Shown: positions 13,810-26,796, numbered from the stretch's first letter. The stretch: 64,000 bases of DNA from Lama guanicoe (GCA_013239625.1 MU053652.1:7835027-7899026), one strand, 5' to 3'. Program-made: numbers and translations. Notes: generated by a model from the letters alone, not told the origin.

Positions 13810-15049
13810 CTAGATTGGAGAGGGTAGAGGTCATTATTCATATAAAGCAACCTGCCAGGGATTAGGGTTGGAAGCTAAATTCAATGTAATAGGATGAAAT
13901 TATTTTCCAGTTTCTGAGAGTAATGCAAATGTTAAATGAACCAAGGCTCAGAAATTACACTCTATAATCATATGGAAAGACATATTAAATGTGTATTTTT
14001 TAAACTCATGTTTTCCCAAACAGGATATTATTTTGAAGACAGTTAGCCTGTAAATAGCCACCAAAAGGTGTTTAGTCGAAGTTGACAGGGGGCACAGACA
14101 CATAAACCAGCCATAAGTATAGGACCTGAAAGAGAATCCGAAAGTTTTCCTTCTCCAAATATGAGGAATGCCTTGCATTCAGTCTTAGCTGAGTTCCCTT
14201 TCCAGTTTACAACCCTCTCCTGAGAACTTCACCTCTGCAGTGATTGAAGGGATTTTGTGATTTGATTCCAATATTAGGCAAAGGAACACAGTGTTAAGGG
14301 CCTGAAGGATCTGATTTGCTCCAGCCCTTATATTTGGTCCCTGAAATTATTTGTATTTAATTTCAAAGTACCTGACTTAATGGGCTTTATTTGTGATTCA
14401 TCCAGTCACGATAAGGTCACCAGGATTTTTCTCAATATGGCTAAGATAGATGAAAACAAAATTTCAGCAGGGAGAATGATGGTTTTGTAATCCTAAAGGA
14501 TTATTGTTTTAGTGTTTAAAGGTTAACGTGAATCTAGGTCATTTTAGAGGGAAATTAAAAGTTGAATGCGTACAGCTGGTTTCCTAAATTAAGTTTCTGC
14601 AGTTGGTTTTCTAAATAAGTTTGTTAAATTATAATATATCCTCCCACTCTTTAGACTACTAAGCATTCACCTTTTACTCCAAAGCTGAATTTCTGGCACT
14701 TATACGCTGGAAAATGTAATTGGGTGATTTGGTGGCAATTAAAAGCAGAACTTTAAACTGTATTTTGCCTTGGACATTTTATATGAATATCAGTACTTGA
14801 AAGAGAAATCTCCTTACCTGACACTTCATAGTCCACCCAAATGAAAGGTTTTACAATATCAGTTTTTAAAGTTTCTTTTTTCTGGGCAATTTTCTGATAA
14901 TTTTCAAAAAAAGGAAGAGGTTTTTGGTTTAAACTAATTTCCTTTCAGGCTCACATCGATTTCCATTTCCCACAACCATAGTTTCTGCTGACGTGACAGG
15001 AGGGGAAGAGTTATTGTGAGGCTCAAATAAGACAGTGTAAGCTAGTGTA

Positions 15050-16190
15050 AGCGGAACTCCCATCATAGACATCCTCCATTTCTGCTACAGGGCTTTTGAT
15101 CTCTAGCATTTCTTCTCAGATCTTTCTCAGAATTTCCATCTCTCTGCTGACATTATCCATTTATTCTTACGTCCATCCTACTTTGTCAATTAGAGCCCTT
15201 AGCATATTAATCTTAGTTGTTTTAAATTCCTGATCTGATCATTCCAACATCCCTGCTATCTCTGAGTCTACTTCCTATGCTTGCTCTGTCTCTGCAAGAT
15301 GCGTTTTGTAATTTTTTTCTTGATAGCTAGACGTGATTTAATTTTTTCCTGATAGGCAGATAGCTATCTGGCTGGGTAAAAGGAACTGCTATAAACAGGC
15401 CTTTAGTACCATGCTAGTCAGGTCGGCAGGGGATGGACGAGTTCCAGTTTTGGGAGTAGATCTCAGTCTTTGAGTGAGTCTGTGCCTCTGGACTGTGAAC
15501 TTCACAAGTGCTTCTCAGCTGTCCCCCCTCCTGTCCCAGCCTGCTTAGGTGGGAGTCTCACTAGATGGGGCTAGATTTGGGTATTTCCTTTGTTCCAAGT
15601 GGAAAACTAGAGCGAGCTGGAGCGGAGTATTTCCTTTCCCCCAGGTCAGTTAGGCTCTGATAAAACCTCAGTGGGTCTGACTCTTGTTAAATTGTTTCTT
15701 CTGAGGGCAGACCTTGTCCACAGAACAGAATGCTTTCGAGGGCTCGAGATGGTTCCTGTTCTCCTCCTCCTGCTAGGTGCACGAGAAGGTGTTCTCCAGT
15801 GTTCACTGTGAGGACCTGCTGAGCTCCTGGGGGAGGTAAAACTCACAGAAGCATTTCCCCCCTGCCCCATGACTGAGTCCCTGTGCAGTTTTCTTCTCTC
15901 AGGCTTGTCCACGCTGAGCTGCCAGCAGTTTCCCAATTACAGTTCAGGTTTCCCTACTCTGGCAGTGGTTCCCGCAGAGGTTTCTGCTCATGGTTTCTGA
16001 TCTGGGAAGCTGTGGTTCTCAGTATTCACCTGTCTGTCTCTCCAGTTTTGAGGGCAGCAATCTGCCCTGTGTCCACATTTCTCTTATTAATCTAAGAAGA
16101 GTTGACTTTTTTGGTTGGTTTAGTTTTTTGCTTGTTAGGACTGAGTGGCAACTTCCAAGCTTCTTACATGCTGAGCTGGAAACAAGAAAT
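15050..16190 (-). mobile_element. Old L1 (5'/ORF1-region-like) fragment in HYAL4 intron
   Basis: L1M-like antisense motifs (ctctctgctgacattatccat..., gttttaaattcctgatctgat...); no intact ORF. Confidence 0.55.
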
Positions 16191-16992
16191 TGCCCACGAA
16201 TTTCTTTGGGTTAGAGATTTGTCATCAGAGGAATGAGAGAGACAAAGCATTTACATTTTGTATTTATAGGTTATTGACCCATATGCAGTAAGGCAACCCC
16301 AAATGTCTGTGGTGGAAGCCACACCTTCTGGGGCTGGTATCAGGAGGGAGTGTTAATTTCTTTCCAGTGTGTACTTTAGTGTCATTATCAGAGGGTTTCT
16401 TGGGACTGATTCAAAATGGCAAGTCTTCTATATGTGTTGACTAGAGGTAAGGAGTCCTTAGCAGATATTAAGGCAAATTCCTCTACCAAATCAACTCACT
16501 GTCACCTTGCTGAGAGCTGAGTGTTGAATGAATCACAGAACATTTCTGTTTGGGGGGCCAAAAAAGCAAGGGCACTACTCAGTAAGGGGGGGTCACAGGT
16601 AAGATGCCTCTAGGGGTAAACTGGGACCACCTGAGAGCATGAGCCACATGAGTGACGTTACATGAAAGGAGAAATAAAGGAACATCACACACTGTCATAG
16701 AAGCAAATCCTCCAGGTCCCAGCACAGTGTAAGGCTGCTTTGCCCTGCCTATGGCTCTCAACTCACATCAAGGTTTTGGAAGTAGAAAGGAGGGGCACCC
16801 AGAGGACTCATTCTGTACAGCTGGGTTTCAGTCCTCGCTACTTCACTACAGTGCATGTAAGTAAGGAGCCCACAGTGGGGAACTGGAGCATCACTGGTGA
16901 GCTCCCTTTGTGTGTTGCCAGAGGGAATATTAACTAATTACTGGGGAAAACACCTCTAAATGTACATTCAAGAAAATCCCTGTCATTATTTT

Positions 16993-17280
16993 GTTCTTTC
17001 TTTTTTTTTTTTACTGAAGTATAGTCAATTTACAATGTTGTGTCAATTTCTGGTGTACAGCATAATGTTTCAGTCATACATATACATACATATATTTGTT
17101 TTCATATTCTTTTTCACTATAGGTTATTACAAGATAGTGAATACAGTTCCCTGTGCCATACAGTGGAAACTTGTTTATCTATTTTAAGTAGAGTAGTTAG
17201 TTTCTGCAACTCTCGAACTCCCAATTTATCCCTCCCCACCCCCTTTCCCTCCTGGTAACTGTAAGTTTGTTTTCTACTTT
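16993..17280 (-). mobile_element. L1 3'UTR fragment in HYAL4 intron
   Basis: Poly-T plus L1 3'UTR; direct repeat TCATTATTTT at 16983-16992 and 17281-17290. Confidence 0.85.
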
Positions 17281-19635
17281 TCATTATTTTTTAAAGTGTA
17301 GCATCAAGTGATATCTACCCTGCATTTATATGTCAGTGGTGTGAGCAATCTTTTGTGTGAAATGAGGCTTTACAGGTCCCATAGAATTCCCCCCCGCCAT
17401 GGCTACTGACTGCAATTTCATTCTTACGTATTCCCCCTGCAAGTTTAAGGCTCTGATTCTTGTTTAAAAGCAAGAGCTCTACCACAGGTACTTCTGTAGT
17501 GCTTCACATTTTTATTTCTATCTTCTCAGTATTTCCACGTCGGTAGGGCACGTAACATTGTGCTGTTTTGTAGATTAAGACAATGCAGCACTGAGGTCCG
17601 GAGAGGTGAAGAGGTTTGCTACTTAGTGGTAAATTGTTTTTCTAATCCTAATTATATGTGTGTACACACACACATTCTAAAATGTGGATATCTCTGGGAA
17701 GGCAGAAGTGGAAGGCATTACTAGTATTGACAGTTTGGTATAGGTAAATACCAGGTTTTTAAAAATTTGTGGACAGATTTTTATGGTGGATAGAATTAAA
17801 AATGGTGGCAAACTAGTGGTGCAAAACATGTGGAAATCCCTTAAGTTCAGAAAGTTTGCAGCATGAAACCATGGGGCTGACAAAGAAAACTGTTTCTGGA
17901 TGAGACCCTAACTGTTCCTTCTTTCCTTCGTCGTAACAGAAGCATTTCTGAGGCTGTAGCTTTTCAAGAAGGCACTTACCCTTAGTTTGCAGAATGTGCA
18001 GAATGTGCAGAATGTACCAGTAGTTTAATCTTTTGAAATGAACACTTTGTCCCTTAAAGTTTATTGTTTCTTCCAAAAGTAAATTTGTTATCACTAAACA
18101 AAGGAACTTGATTGAGCCAAATACAGAATAAGTTTCATAGAAGAAGATGGTGTTTAACTTTCAAGTCTAGAATAAAGACCATTTTGTAAAGATTTAGGTA
18201 ACTTTTTTAAACTTTCCAGTTAGTATTGGTTTCCTGTCATTCTGTCATTTGTTGCTGATTTTTCTGGATTGTATAAATATCAGTTCACAATAGAGAATCT
18301 TTTTCTTTACTCATCCTGTCAGTGGTGTTTGACGGCAGAGCGTTTACCAAGTCCTGATTTATTTGTGCCATTTCTCCCTCTGAGGAGTAAGCTCTGCTTT
18401 CTGCTCCACAGACACGTACTGGTTATGGCAGAGCCCTCACCGGGGTGTTTCCTGAGCCTTCTCCTTTGGATACCTCACACTCAGAACGTCTTTATATTTT
18501 AATACATGCTGGTGAATTGAAACTTACAATGGCAGAGAAAAGAGAAAGGTGATCAACCCCTAGTTTGCAGCAATATCTTAAAATACCACTGCATCGCAAA
18601 TGTGAAACCAGTCTCAAGTCTTATCATAGAAAGTTTACACATAATTATCCAGGTTCAAAAATTAGAGTAGCATCTTCTTTTACATTTTTACCTCTAGAAG
18701 TTTCCATTTAAGTGACTAGAGTAGCAAAGGAAGAAGGAAGGAGAGAAAATTCAGCTGAAAGTTCATCTATTTTAAAAATTACCCTCATGGTTTGTGCGCT
18801 CTTTGCATATGTGACTGAAGTAAAATCAACAGAATAAAACTTCTATTTGTGAGTTTTAACCTCAGGTTACAAAACCGTCTACTCATGATGAATTTATAAT
18901 TGAATTTAGAAACTTACACTGCTCTTACCAACTTTCCATTAGTTGCGGTCATAGAGTCAAGAATAAACCAGAGTTCTAAATCTGTAGTCACCTACTTTTA
19001 GCAGATTTATAACTCCCTTATACCTTAAAATTTTTTTAAATTTTAATTGTAGTAAAAAACACGTAAAATACACTATCTTAGCTATTTCAAAGTATACAAT
19101 TCAGTAGTGTTAACTATATTCGTGTTGTCGTGCCTCCTTTATACGTTTTGTCAAAGCTATCATGCATTAAAAAGAAAATACTTTTTTTTTCACTCTTGAG
19201 ATTTTTGACCGTGAGGCCAGAAGCAGAAATGCCTATAATTCTGCTTCCACATGTATGATGAGCAAACTACTCCATTTGAAAACCTCCTCTCTGATTTTCC
19301 GAACAGTTCACCCCCAGTCATCTCAATAACCTTTGCAAAAGGCCAGTTGTAAGGAAGCACAATCAGACTTGGGGCACTCGAGGGAGCAGTCGCTGCCATT
19401 TTATCTCAAGCCCTTCCCTCCTTACCTCATTCCTTGGAAGAACAGTAATGCCTAAAATCATCACGATTCAGTTTGCATAAATGAAGAGTCTAAGTGGATG
19501 ACTGCTCAAAGGAAGAATTATGCTCCTATCTAAAGGACAACTAATTGGGAATTTTCCAGAGACTATAACTGATAGACAAGTGTCTCATTTAGAGACAAGA
19601 GGAAATCCTCCTATTTCTGGCAAGGGGCATCTTAC

Positions 19636-20589
19636 CTTAGAAAGAAAGAATAAAGGTTCGTCTCTGTAGCCTAACCTAGTGTAGACGAATACCGGCAGAG
19701 CATAATCATGGGATGTCATGGTGGAGATCCGCATGGATTCATGCACCCGAAATTGCGAGAAACGCAGAATGTTCTCACTGCCTCTAGGAGATTTCCTGAC
19801 AATGACAGAAGGATATAAAGCAGCACTGCTATTCCAGAGCCAAGAGAGCTCGTTGTTCCTCAGCACTTCTTCTTTCGGGCATGACCCGGTATAGTTTGGG
19901 GCATAAACATTGTAATTGTAGCAATCGGGATATAAATAGTAACCCCAAAGGCCCTTGGGTCTGCTCTTAATTCCCAATTCGATGGTTTCCTTCATGAAAG
20001 CTTTCGCACTTTTTTCAAAGGTTGCTTTGGCTAAATATTCAATGTCAGCAGCTGATACATTCCTTTGCGTCTTAGAAATAAGGTTTTTTGACTTCTGTCT
20101 GTAGATATCTTTTGTGTTCCAGTTCCTGGCCCACTGGGGTCGCCAATATTCCCAGTCTATAACAGCAAGTCCACTGAAATCTTCAGAAGGAATGTAATAG
20201 TTAATGTCGTGGTCAGCTTTTTCCAGATGTACCTGCAAACTTATGTTCTGGGGGAGACCCCCGTTAATGGGAACTCCCTGTGATGTATACCAGGGGTAGT
20301 ATCCCAATCTGTTGACATAAAATATAGTGACATTTTGCCCCCTGGCCCCTGCCAGTGGACTTCCAATCACCTGAAACATTTTCAAATTTAGTCTTATGTT
20401 ATATTTTATCAAGCACTGATCTGTTGGAGCATTCCAGGCAGCTATGAAAGGTTTCCTTTGATAAATTGGAAGTCGGGCAGGTTTCAGGGAAGAGATAGGC
20501 TTCAGAAGGAAAAGTATGAGCAGACATGATATGAGACGTACTCGCTGAACAACACAAAACCGTAGTTGTCCTTCAGGTAACAGTTTCAT
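19636..20589 (-). CDS. HYAL4: Hyaluronidase-4 (chondroitin sulfate hydrolase), coding exon 1, 318 codons
   Basis: ORF MKLLPEGQLR...PFIAAWNAPT...GGLPQN...AVIDWEYWRPQWARNW (D145/E147)...YYLYPDC...YTRLGY, typical of GH56/HYAL4. Acceptor ccccacag|G at 20635; donor AAG|GTAAGA after 19636; phase 0. Confidence 0.97.
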
Positions 20590-20635
20590 GATAAGATAAA
20601 AATCTTATCTTCTGCTTTCATGCGCTCTGGAAGAC
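20590..20635 (-). other. HYAL4: 5'UTR part of HYAL4 first coding exon
   Basis: 46 nt between the cag acceptor (20638-20636) and the ATG at 20589. Confidence 0.75.
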
Positions 20636-20794
20636 CTGTGGGGAGATTTAATTTTCTGTTAGTGATAATTTTGAGGAAAAAGACTCAAAGGGATGGATAT
20701 TATTATTGTTGTTGTATATTTATATCTTCAAATTCATTTTATTTAAAGGTCTTAAAGAAGCCCACAAATAAAATGAGATATAAAAGCAAGTGTA

Positions 20795-21004
20795 GGGGGA
20801 GGGTATAGCTCAAGTGGTAGAGCGCACACTTAGCATGCACCAGATCCTGGGTTCAATCCCCAGTATCTCCTCTAAAAGTAAATAAGTAAATGAACCTAAT
20901 TACCTACCCCCCCCAAAAAAAACTGGGGAAAAAAAAAGAGTTCCTTCTTACCAAAAAGAAAAAAAGAAAGAGAGAGAGAGAGAGTAGAAAGCTCTTAAAA
21001 AAAC
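20795..21004 (+). mobile_element. tRNA-derived SINE (camelid Vic-1-like)
   Basis: GGGGGAGGGTATAGCTCAAGTGGTAGAGCG (A box) ... GGTTCAATCCC (B box); A-rich tail; TSD AAGCAAGTGTA at 20784-20794 and 21005-21015. Confidence 0.88.
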
Positions 21005-21665
21005 AAGCAAGTGTAGTGACCTAACTTCTATTCTAGGGCAACCAATGCAATTCAACTAGCATTCATGGAGCATCACATATAAAATGCCCAGGACACAAAA
21101 TGATTAGTATATGGTCCTCACCCTCAAAAAAACTCATGATCAAATAAACATGTAAAATAGTATTCACTACTATTGATGTTTTGGAAAATTCATCAAATCC
21201 CAGGCTCTGTGTTTAAGTACTTTATAAGTATTTATGTCATTTAATCTTGTAATAACTTTTGTTATTATTTCATTAAGTAAGCTGAATGTCTAGACACTTT
21301 CCCAGCCTTCCTAGGGTGCTGGACCATGGCCAGGCCAATTAGGTGCATCCTACTTTAGACTCTGAATTAAGATCTTGGAGATCAAAAGGGCTGAAAGGTG
21401 GTGGCGTCACTGCTAACAGAAATTCCAGTGTCCGGGAATGGCAGTGCATATACGGGCATCCAGATTCTGATATCCATGGTGTTAATGTTAAGTTGCAGCA
21501 TTGTCCTCATGGAACAGTACTTTTCTGCTCAGGTCAAAGGTTTCACTTGGTTGCTTACAACCAGCAACTCTAACTGATGGAAATTCTTTGCATAGAATCT
21601 GTGGCTTGTGAATATTTCCTCCTGGAAAGCTGATCACTGTGTGCAGCATGTTGTATGTAATTATC

Positions 21666-21818
21666 TGTTTTTTATGTTTTATTTACTTTTTAACATTTTT
21701 GATTGAGTTATAGTCATTTTACAATGTTGTGTCAAATTCCAGTGTAGAGCACAATTTTTCAGTTATACATGGATATACATATATTCATTGTCACATTCCC
21801 CCCCCCTCGCTGTGAGCT
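21666..21818 (-). mobile_element. Short L1 3' fragment
   Basis: Similar to the 3' end of the 30848 L1; TSD TGTAATTATC at 21656-21665 and 21819-21828. Confidence 0.8.
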
Positions 21819-22819
21819 TGTAATTATCATTTTTAACCACCAGGTGTCACCAGCCAAATCTTAGAGCATTTAGCAGGCCTAGGATGCTGAGGTAAACAAA
21901 AATTGTAGGTAATCTATAGAACTTTATTCAAAGAAGTTTAAGAAAAAAAAAGACGTATAAGAAGTTCTAAGTTAGCGGCTATACACAAAATATCAGTTTT
22001 TAAGAACTGTCGAGGTAAATAATTTCCTCATCCATTCATTGAATAAATATTTGTGTTCCTCCACAATACAAAGATGAGTAAGATTACTCTAGTTAGTAAC
22101 ATGAAATAGACTGAAGGTATAAATTATGGTCTGAAGAGAACAGTATTTTCAGGGGAGTATAATTTTAGAGTACAGTGAGAATTGTGGTCCTCAAAACTGC
22201 CCCTTATCTTTGAGGTTTTTTTTAAATTATATTCTGCCTCGGAGTAGGAAAAATGGATTTGCATAATGTGTTCATTCATAGGAAAAATTTTTTTCTTTAA
22301 ATTTAAAATTCAGTTTATGCTAGAGAAGGCTACATATGTATAGGGAAAAAAATCTATTCTACCAGAACATTTCCTGCTTTCGGTTTTATTCAAAACACAG
22401 CTTTCGCCTTTGGTCAGCCGCCTCATCGCCACTACAGAACACCCTCACTCATTTACTACAAAGTTGCCAAGTAACTTTTCTCCTACCCTGGACATTGGTA
22501 TTCATTCTCCTTACTCCAGTTAAGGAAAGGTTAAGGGAAGGTTCACATTCCACGGCTGGAGGCAGGCAGGGCTCCTGATAAAACGTGCAGGTGCACAAGG
22601 AATGCAGGCTAAATAAATAAGTAAAATCCAGCGCCTGGGTCTTCTGCTTGCGGTACGTCTCAGGTTGCTGCTTCTCACACAAGAGATCACGTCGCTGGTG
22701 ACCCCTCTGTCACTCTCCTAATTAAACATGGCTTGTGGGAGGAGATCCCCTCCGTTGGCACCTCCCAGACAATTTTCCCAAACACTCTTACCCTCACAGA
22801 GCTTAAATCCCTGCAGGGG

Positions 22820-23995
22820 ATATAAACAATAAACAAGGTGAGTAAATACACTACGTTTGAAGGTGATAATAGTAAAGAAAAAAATAAGCAGGGATTTGTT
22901 TTAAATGGGAAAGCCTTAGGAATCTGAAAAGAAGTAGTCTGAAAAGAAGAAAGAACTAAGCCTGGAAGATGTCTGGGGCAACACGGGCAAGGTAGCAAGT
23001 GCAAAGGCCCTGAGGCAGGAACATGCCTGCATGCGGTATTTAAGGAATTTCAAAAAGGCCAGTGACTAAGCAGAAGGGACAGAGAGGTCTTCCTCTTTCT
23101 CTTCCGGTCCCACACGATTCGGGATCTCCCGGCTCCGGTACAGGCATGGCCAAGTCGAAGAACCACACCACACACAACCAGTCCCGAAAATGGCACAGAA
23201 ACGGCATCAAAAAACCCCGATCACAACGATACGAATCTCTTAAGAGGGTAGACCCCAAGTTCCTGAGGAACATGCGCTTTGCCAAGAAGCACAACAAGAA
23301 GGGCCTGAAGAAGATGCAGGCCAACAATGCCAAGGCCATGAGTGCATGTGCTGAGGCTATCAAGGCTCTCGTAAAGCCCAAGGAGGTCAAGCCCAAGATT
23401 CCAAAGGGCAGCAGCTGCAAGCTCAGTCGACTTGCCTACATTGCTCACCCCAAGCTCGGGAAACGTGCTCGTGCCCGCATTGCCAAGGGTCTCAGACTCT
23501 GTCGGCCAAAGGCCAAGGACAAGGCTCAGACCAAGGCTGCAGCTACAGCTCCGGCTCCGGCTCCAGCTCCGGCTCCGGCTCCAGCTCCAGCTCAGTCTCC
23601 CAAAGGCACCTAGGCCCCCACAAAGGCTCCAGAGTAGAGGCTTTCATCTATTGATGTCAGGATGTAAGGACTTGTGTGACCCCTGGGCAGCTGTCTGCAT
23701 GGGGCTCATGTCTACCTGTGCTGTTTGTACAAATAAACCTGAGGCAGGAAAAAAAAAACAGAGAGGTAAGAGAGAGGGTCTTGTAAGGTCTTGTTAGGAC
23801 TCTGGTTTTCATCTAAGTGAGATGGGAAGGAATTAGAGTTTGGAGAGAAGGATGACATGGTCTGACTTGTGTTTAACTGGATTCCTCTGGCTGCTGTGTT
23901 GAAATATGCACAAGAAGGAAAGAGGGCAAGAAAGAAGAAGCGGGAAGCCTGTAAGGAAGCACTTGTAATTCAGGACAAAGATGAGAGCAGCACGA
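22820..23995. mobile_element. Ancient L2 fragment interrupted by the RPL29 retrocopy
   Basis: gcaagtgcaaaggccctgaggcaggaac...aggccagtg before the insert; gacatggtctgacttgtgttt...ctctggctgctgtgttg after it. Confidence 0.65.
23089..23757 (+). pseudogene. RPL29: Full-length processed retrocopy of 60S ribosomal protein L29 (ORF 23146-23613, 155 aa)
   Basis: Intronless [24 protein letters not shown]...; 5'TOP-like CTTCCTCTTTCTCTTCC at the insert start; AATAAA 23732-23737; A-run 23749-23758; TSD ACAGAGAGGT at 23079-23088 and 23758-23767. TAG at 23611 lies 8 codons before the likely original TAG (23635-23637). Confidence 0.95.
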
Positions 23996-26155
23996 TGCAG
24001 TTATTTAGAACTTCACACTATTTTTAACAATCACCAACACAGAACAATAATAATATTATAAATCTATAAATTCATCTTGCTAGTTTCGTTTTAATTTTGC
24101 TTGCAACTGTAGACTTCTGTTCTCATTTACACTCAGTGTTGCTTTTTCTTTATACAGCATTGTGGTTCAGACTAATTTTTAAGTTCAGAAAGAATACTCT
24201 GGGAAGGCTTTTAAAAACATACACACTCATCTCTTAATATTAATGTATTAGTGGAAGGAATTAATTTTCTAAGTCTACAGCTCTTCTGTTTCTCCTTTTC
24301 ATGATATTGGGATCTGTTTTCAAAATCTTTAAGATGCCAAGTGTCTGCCCCTAAATCTGTAAGGGTTTAAAAAGGTATCCTGAAGGTCATGATGCCATTT
24401 TTATTGGAAATTTTAAAATGCAACTTTTTATTTCCAAACCTTTAAAGTAGAAGTGATAAATGTTGTTGCCAATAATAAAGATATATGCACAAATATTTAT
24501 CAGAATGGAAGATAGAGCCTGCTTTCTCATAAAAGCTAATTAGAGAAAAAGCCAATAATACATTTCCGTTTTTTCTCTCTGGAGGATGTTATTGCCTTAG
24601 TCTGATTGTTAATAAATGTTTTATCCTGATGATCTTAAGTTCTTTTCTCATGAAATATCAATATTGTGAAAAGTGGCCCTAAGTATTCCAGCAGAAGAAA
24701 AAAAATGTATTTTAGTGTATAGAAGTTTCTCAATTAACTTTTTCCCATACATTTTTCTTAAAAACTTGATGTCTATTGGTTTACCATATAACCTACTATA
24801 TGGTAATATCTCTTTAAGTCCCACGATTCATCATTAGGTACTGAATTTTATTATAACTTCATTTCATGTCATAAGCAAAGAACATGAATGTCCCTCCATC
24901 TGAGTAAATTTGAGAACTGCTGGACTATCTTGATTGTACAAAACTGCTTCCTTTCCAGTCTTCCTAAAAATGAGCTTAAGTTTTGTCAATATATAAAAAT
25001 GACTATTTCAGTGTCACTTGTGCAAATGGGAAATTCACTCACTCTTCAGGGTGAAAGGCCACTTTTTTTATGTATCAGGAGCATTTTACAACCTGAAAGA
25101 GGATATCATTGTTTTTAGAGAAGACTATATACTTAGTCTTTGTCAAAAAGTACTACTTCTCCTTTAGGACTTGAAATTTCTTGCAGCCAAGATCAACAGC
25201 TTTCTTGGAAAAGCACACAAAGTCTTAGGATCACATTTTGAATAAAATGTTCCCACTATCAAACTGTTTTTAACTAAGCTCCTTAAAATAACATTAGGTT
25301 GATTTAAATCTTCAGCTTTCTGCTTGAAGTTTTTGAACTGCAAAGCAATCTAGTGGTCTTGCAAACGTTACTAAGGTTTTTTTTTTTTTTCAATGTCCAT
25401 TGTCAAGAATATAACTTAAAACACCTCCTTCCCCCAAAATATGACCCAAGCCATTGACCAGAAGAGCTGGGATATGAGGCAGGGTAAGCAGATGGGAACT
25501 AGGAATGGGGAGTGGGGGGTGACCTCAGGCCAAAGGACTGCAGTGGTATTAAAATAGGAGAGTTTGATCTGTGGTCTCCAGATAGCACACCTGAATGTCA
25601 GTCAGGGTACGGACTGGAGTGAAAGGGCAGGCACGTAAGAGGACAAAGGTTGTGACCAGCTCACACGGTTTTACTTTAGGTTAACGTGACTTAATTTCAG
25701 TTCCTGCCTCTGTCCTGACAGGAATGGCTTGGAAACGAGGGTTGGCCTGGCTTTGTTAATGGCACCCATTTCTCTGTACAAGCATACATATTTTAGCAAG
25801 GCAGGAAATTTGAGCAAGGTGAAATGTGCAAGCACTGACCCTAAACTGTTTGTAATGAAAAAGGACTAAAGAATGATGGTGCATTCCCAGTTGAAACAGA
25901 AAACTGGAAATTTCTCTCTGAATTACAAACACACAAAACCTTTTACTTAGAAATCCTGCTTTTATGTTATTCATTATTCTGTTGCCTTTCCAAGTTGGAA
26001 ACAAATGTCCATCATTAAGGGACTGGTGAAATAAACTATGGCTTTCCACACAGTGGAATGCTATGCAGCTGTAACAAAGGATGAGGTTGTCTCTCCATAT
26101 TGAGATGGATATTCACCAGATAACTTATTTTTTAAGATACATATTTGCATATTTG

Positions 26156-26158
<3 letters not shown>

Positions 26159-26210
<52 letters not shown>

Positions 26211-26215
26211 TATAC
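26159..26215. repeat. Compound (TA)n(CA)n microsatellite
   Basis: Read directly from the sequence. Confidence 0.9.
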
Positions 26216-26742
26216 TTAAAATATTTTTAAAGCTAGATATGTATAGGACCCTGCCATTATTTTTCTGAGAAAGGGATATATATGTGTATATATGTGTGTA
26301 TATATGTAAAATATATGTGTAAATATGTGATTTGTGTACTAAGGAATATCTCTGGAAGAATAATCAATAATTGATTACATTTCTTGCCTCCAGGAAGAAT
26401 TACTTGTGGCTAAAGGAGAGAAGTAGGCAGGGGTGGCTTGAGATTTTGGGAAGACGTAACTTCTGTTCGGGTTTTTGTACTATGTTGGTGTAACAGCTAT
26501 TTTAAAATATAAAAATTTAAAAAAACTAATAAAGTTCTCAACGAAACAAGAAAGAAGATGCACATTGGTTCTGACTATAAGGAATCAGGCACAGCTTCCT
26601 TAAAAAGATAACCTTTGAGTTGGATTTTATTACAAAGATCATTTTATATAAAGTTACTTGGGAAAATGGTATGCTTTTCTGCAATCTGGCAAGAAAAAGC
26701 CCTTTTCAGGAAATAAGAGAGGCCCTTTTTTTTGTAGTTGAA

Positions 26743-26796
26743 GTAGACGCCATCAGCCAGAGTTTTACCGTAGACGCCATCAGCCAGAGTTTTACC
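26743..26796. repeat. Perfect 27-bp tandem duplication
   Basis: GTAGACGCCATCAGCCAGAGTTTTACC repeated twice. Confidence 0.95.

Noticed and set aside
17988..18016. (GCAGAATGT)x3 and similar short repeats (near 30495 and 45975)
   Set aside because: Ordinary slippage repeats without spacers; not CRISPR-like.
19585..19635. C-terminal ends of the 334-aa and 323-aa ORF-track proteins (also 40598-40648)
   Set aside because: Intron read-through past strong GTAAGA donors.
20795..20870. tRNA gene
   Set aside because: The tRNA-like head is followed by a SINE tail and TSD, with a second copy at 2234-2380; it is a SINE.
23062..23145. N-terminal extension of the RPL29 ORF (183-aa call)
   Set aside because: Starts at a GTG in flanking L2 DNA and reads through the TSD and 5'UTR; the real ATG is at 23146.
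23040..23448. Minus-strand ORFs of 126 and 75 aa
   Set aside because: Antisense shadows of the RPL29 coding sequence.
23432..23797. 121-aa ORF with LQLRLRLQL repeats
   Set aside because: Alternative frame of the Ala-Pro hexamer repeat, non-ATG start.
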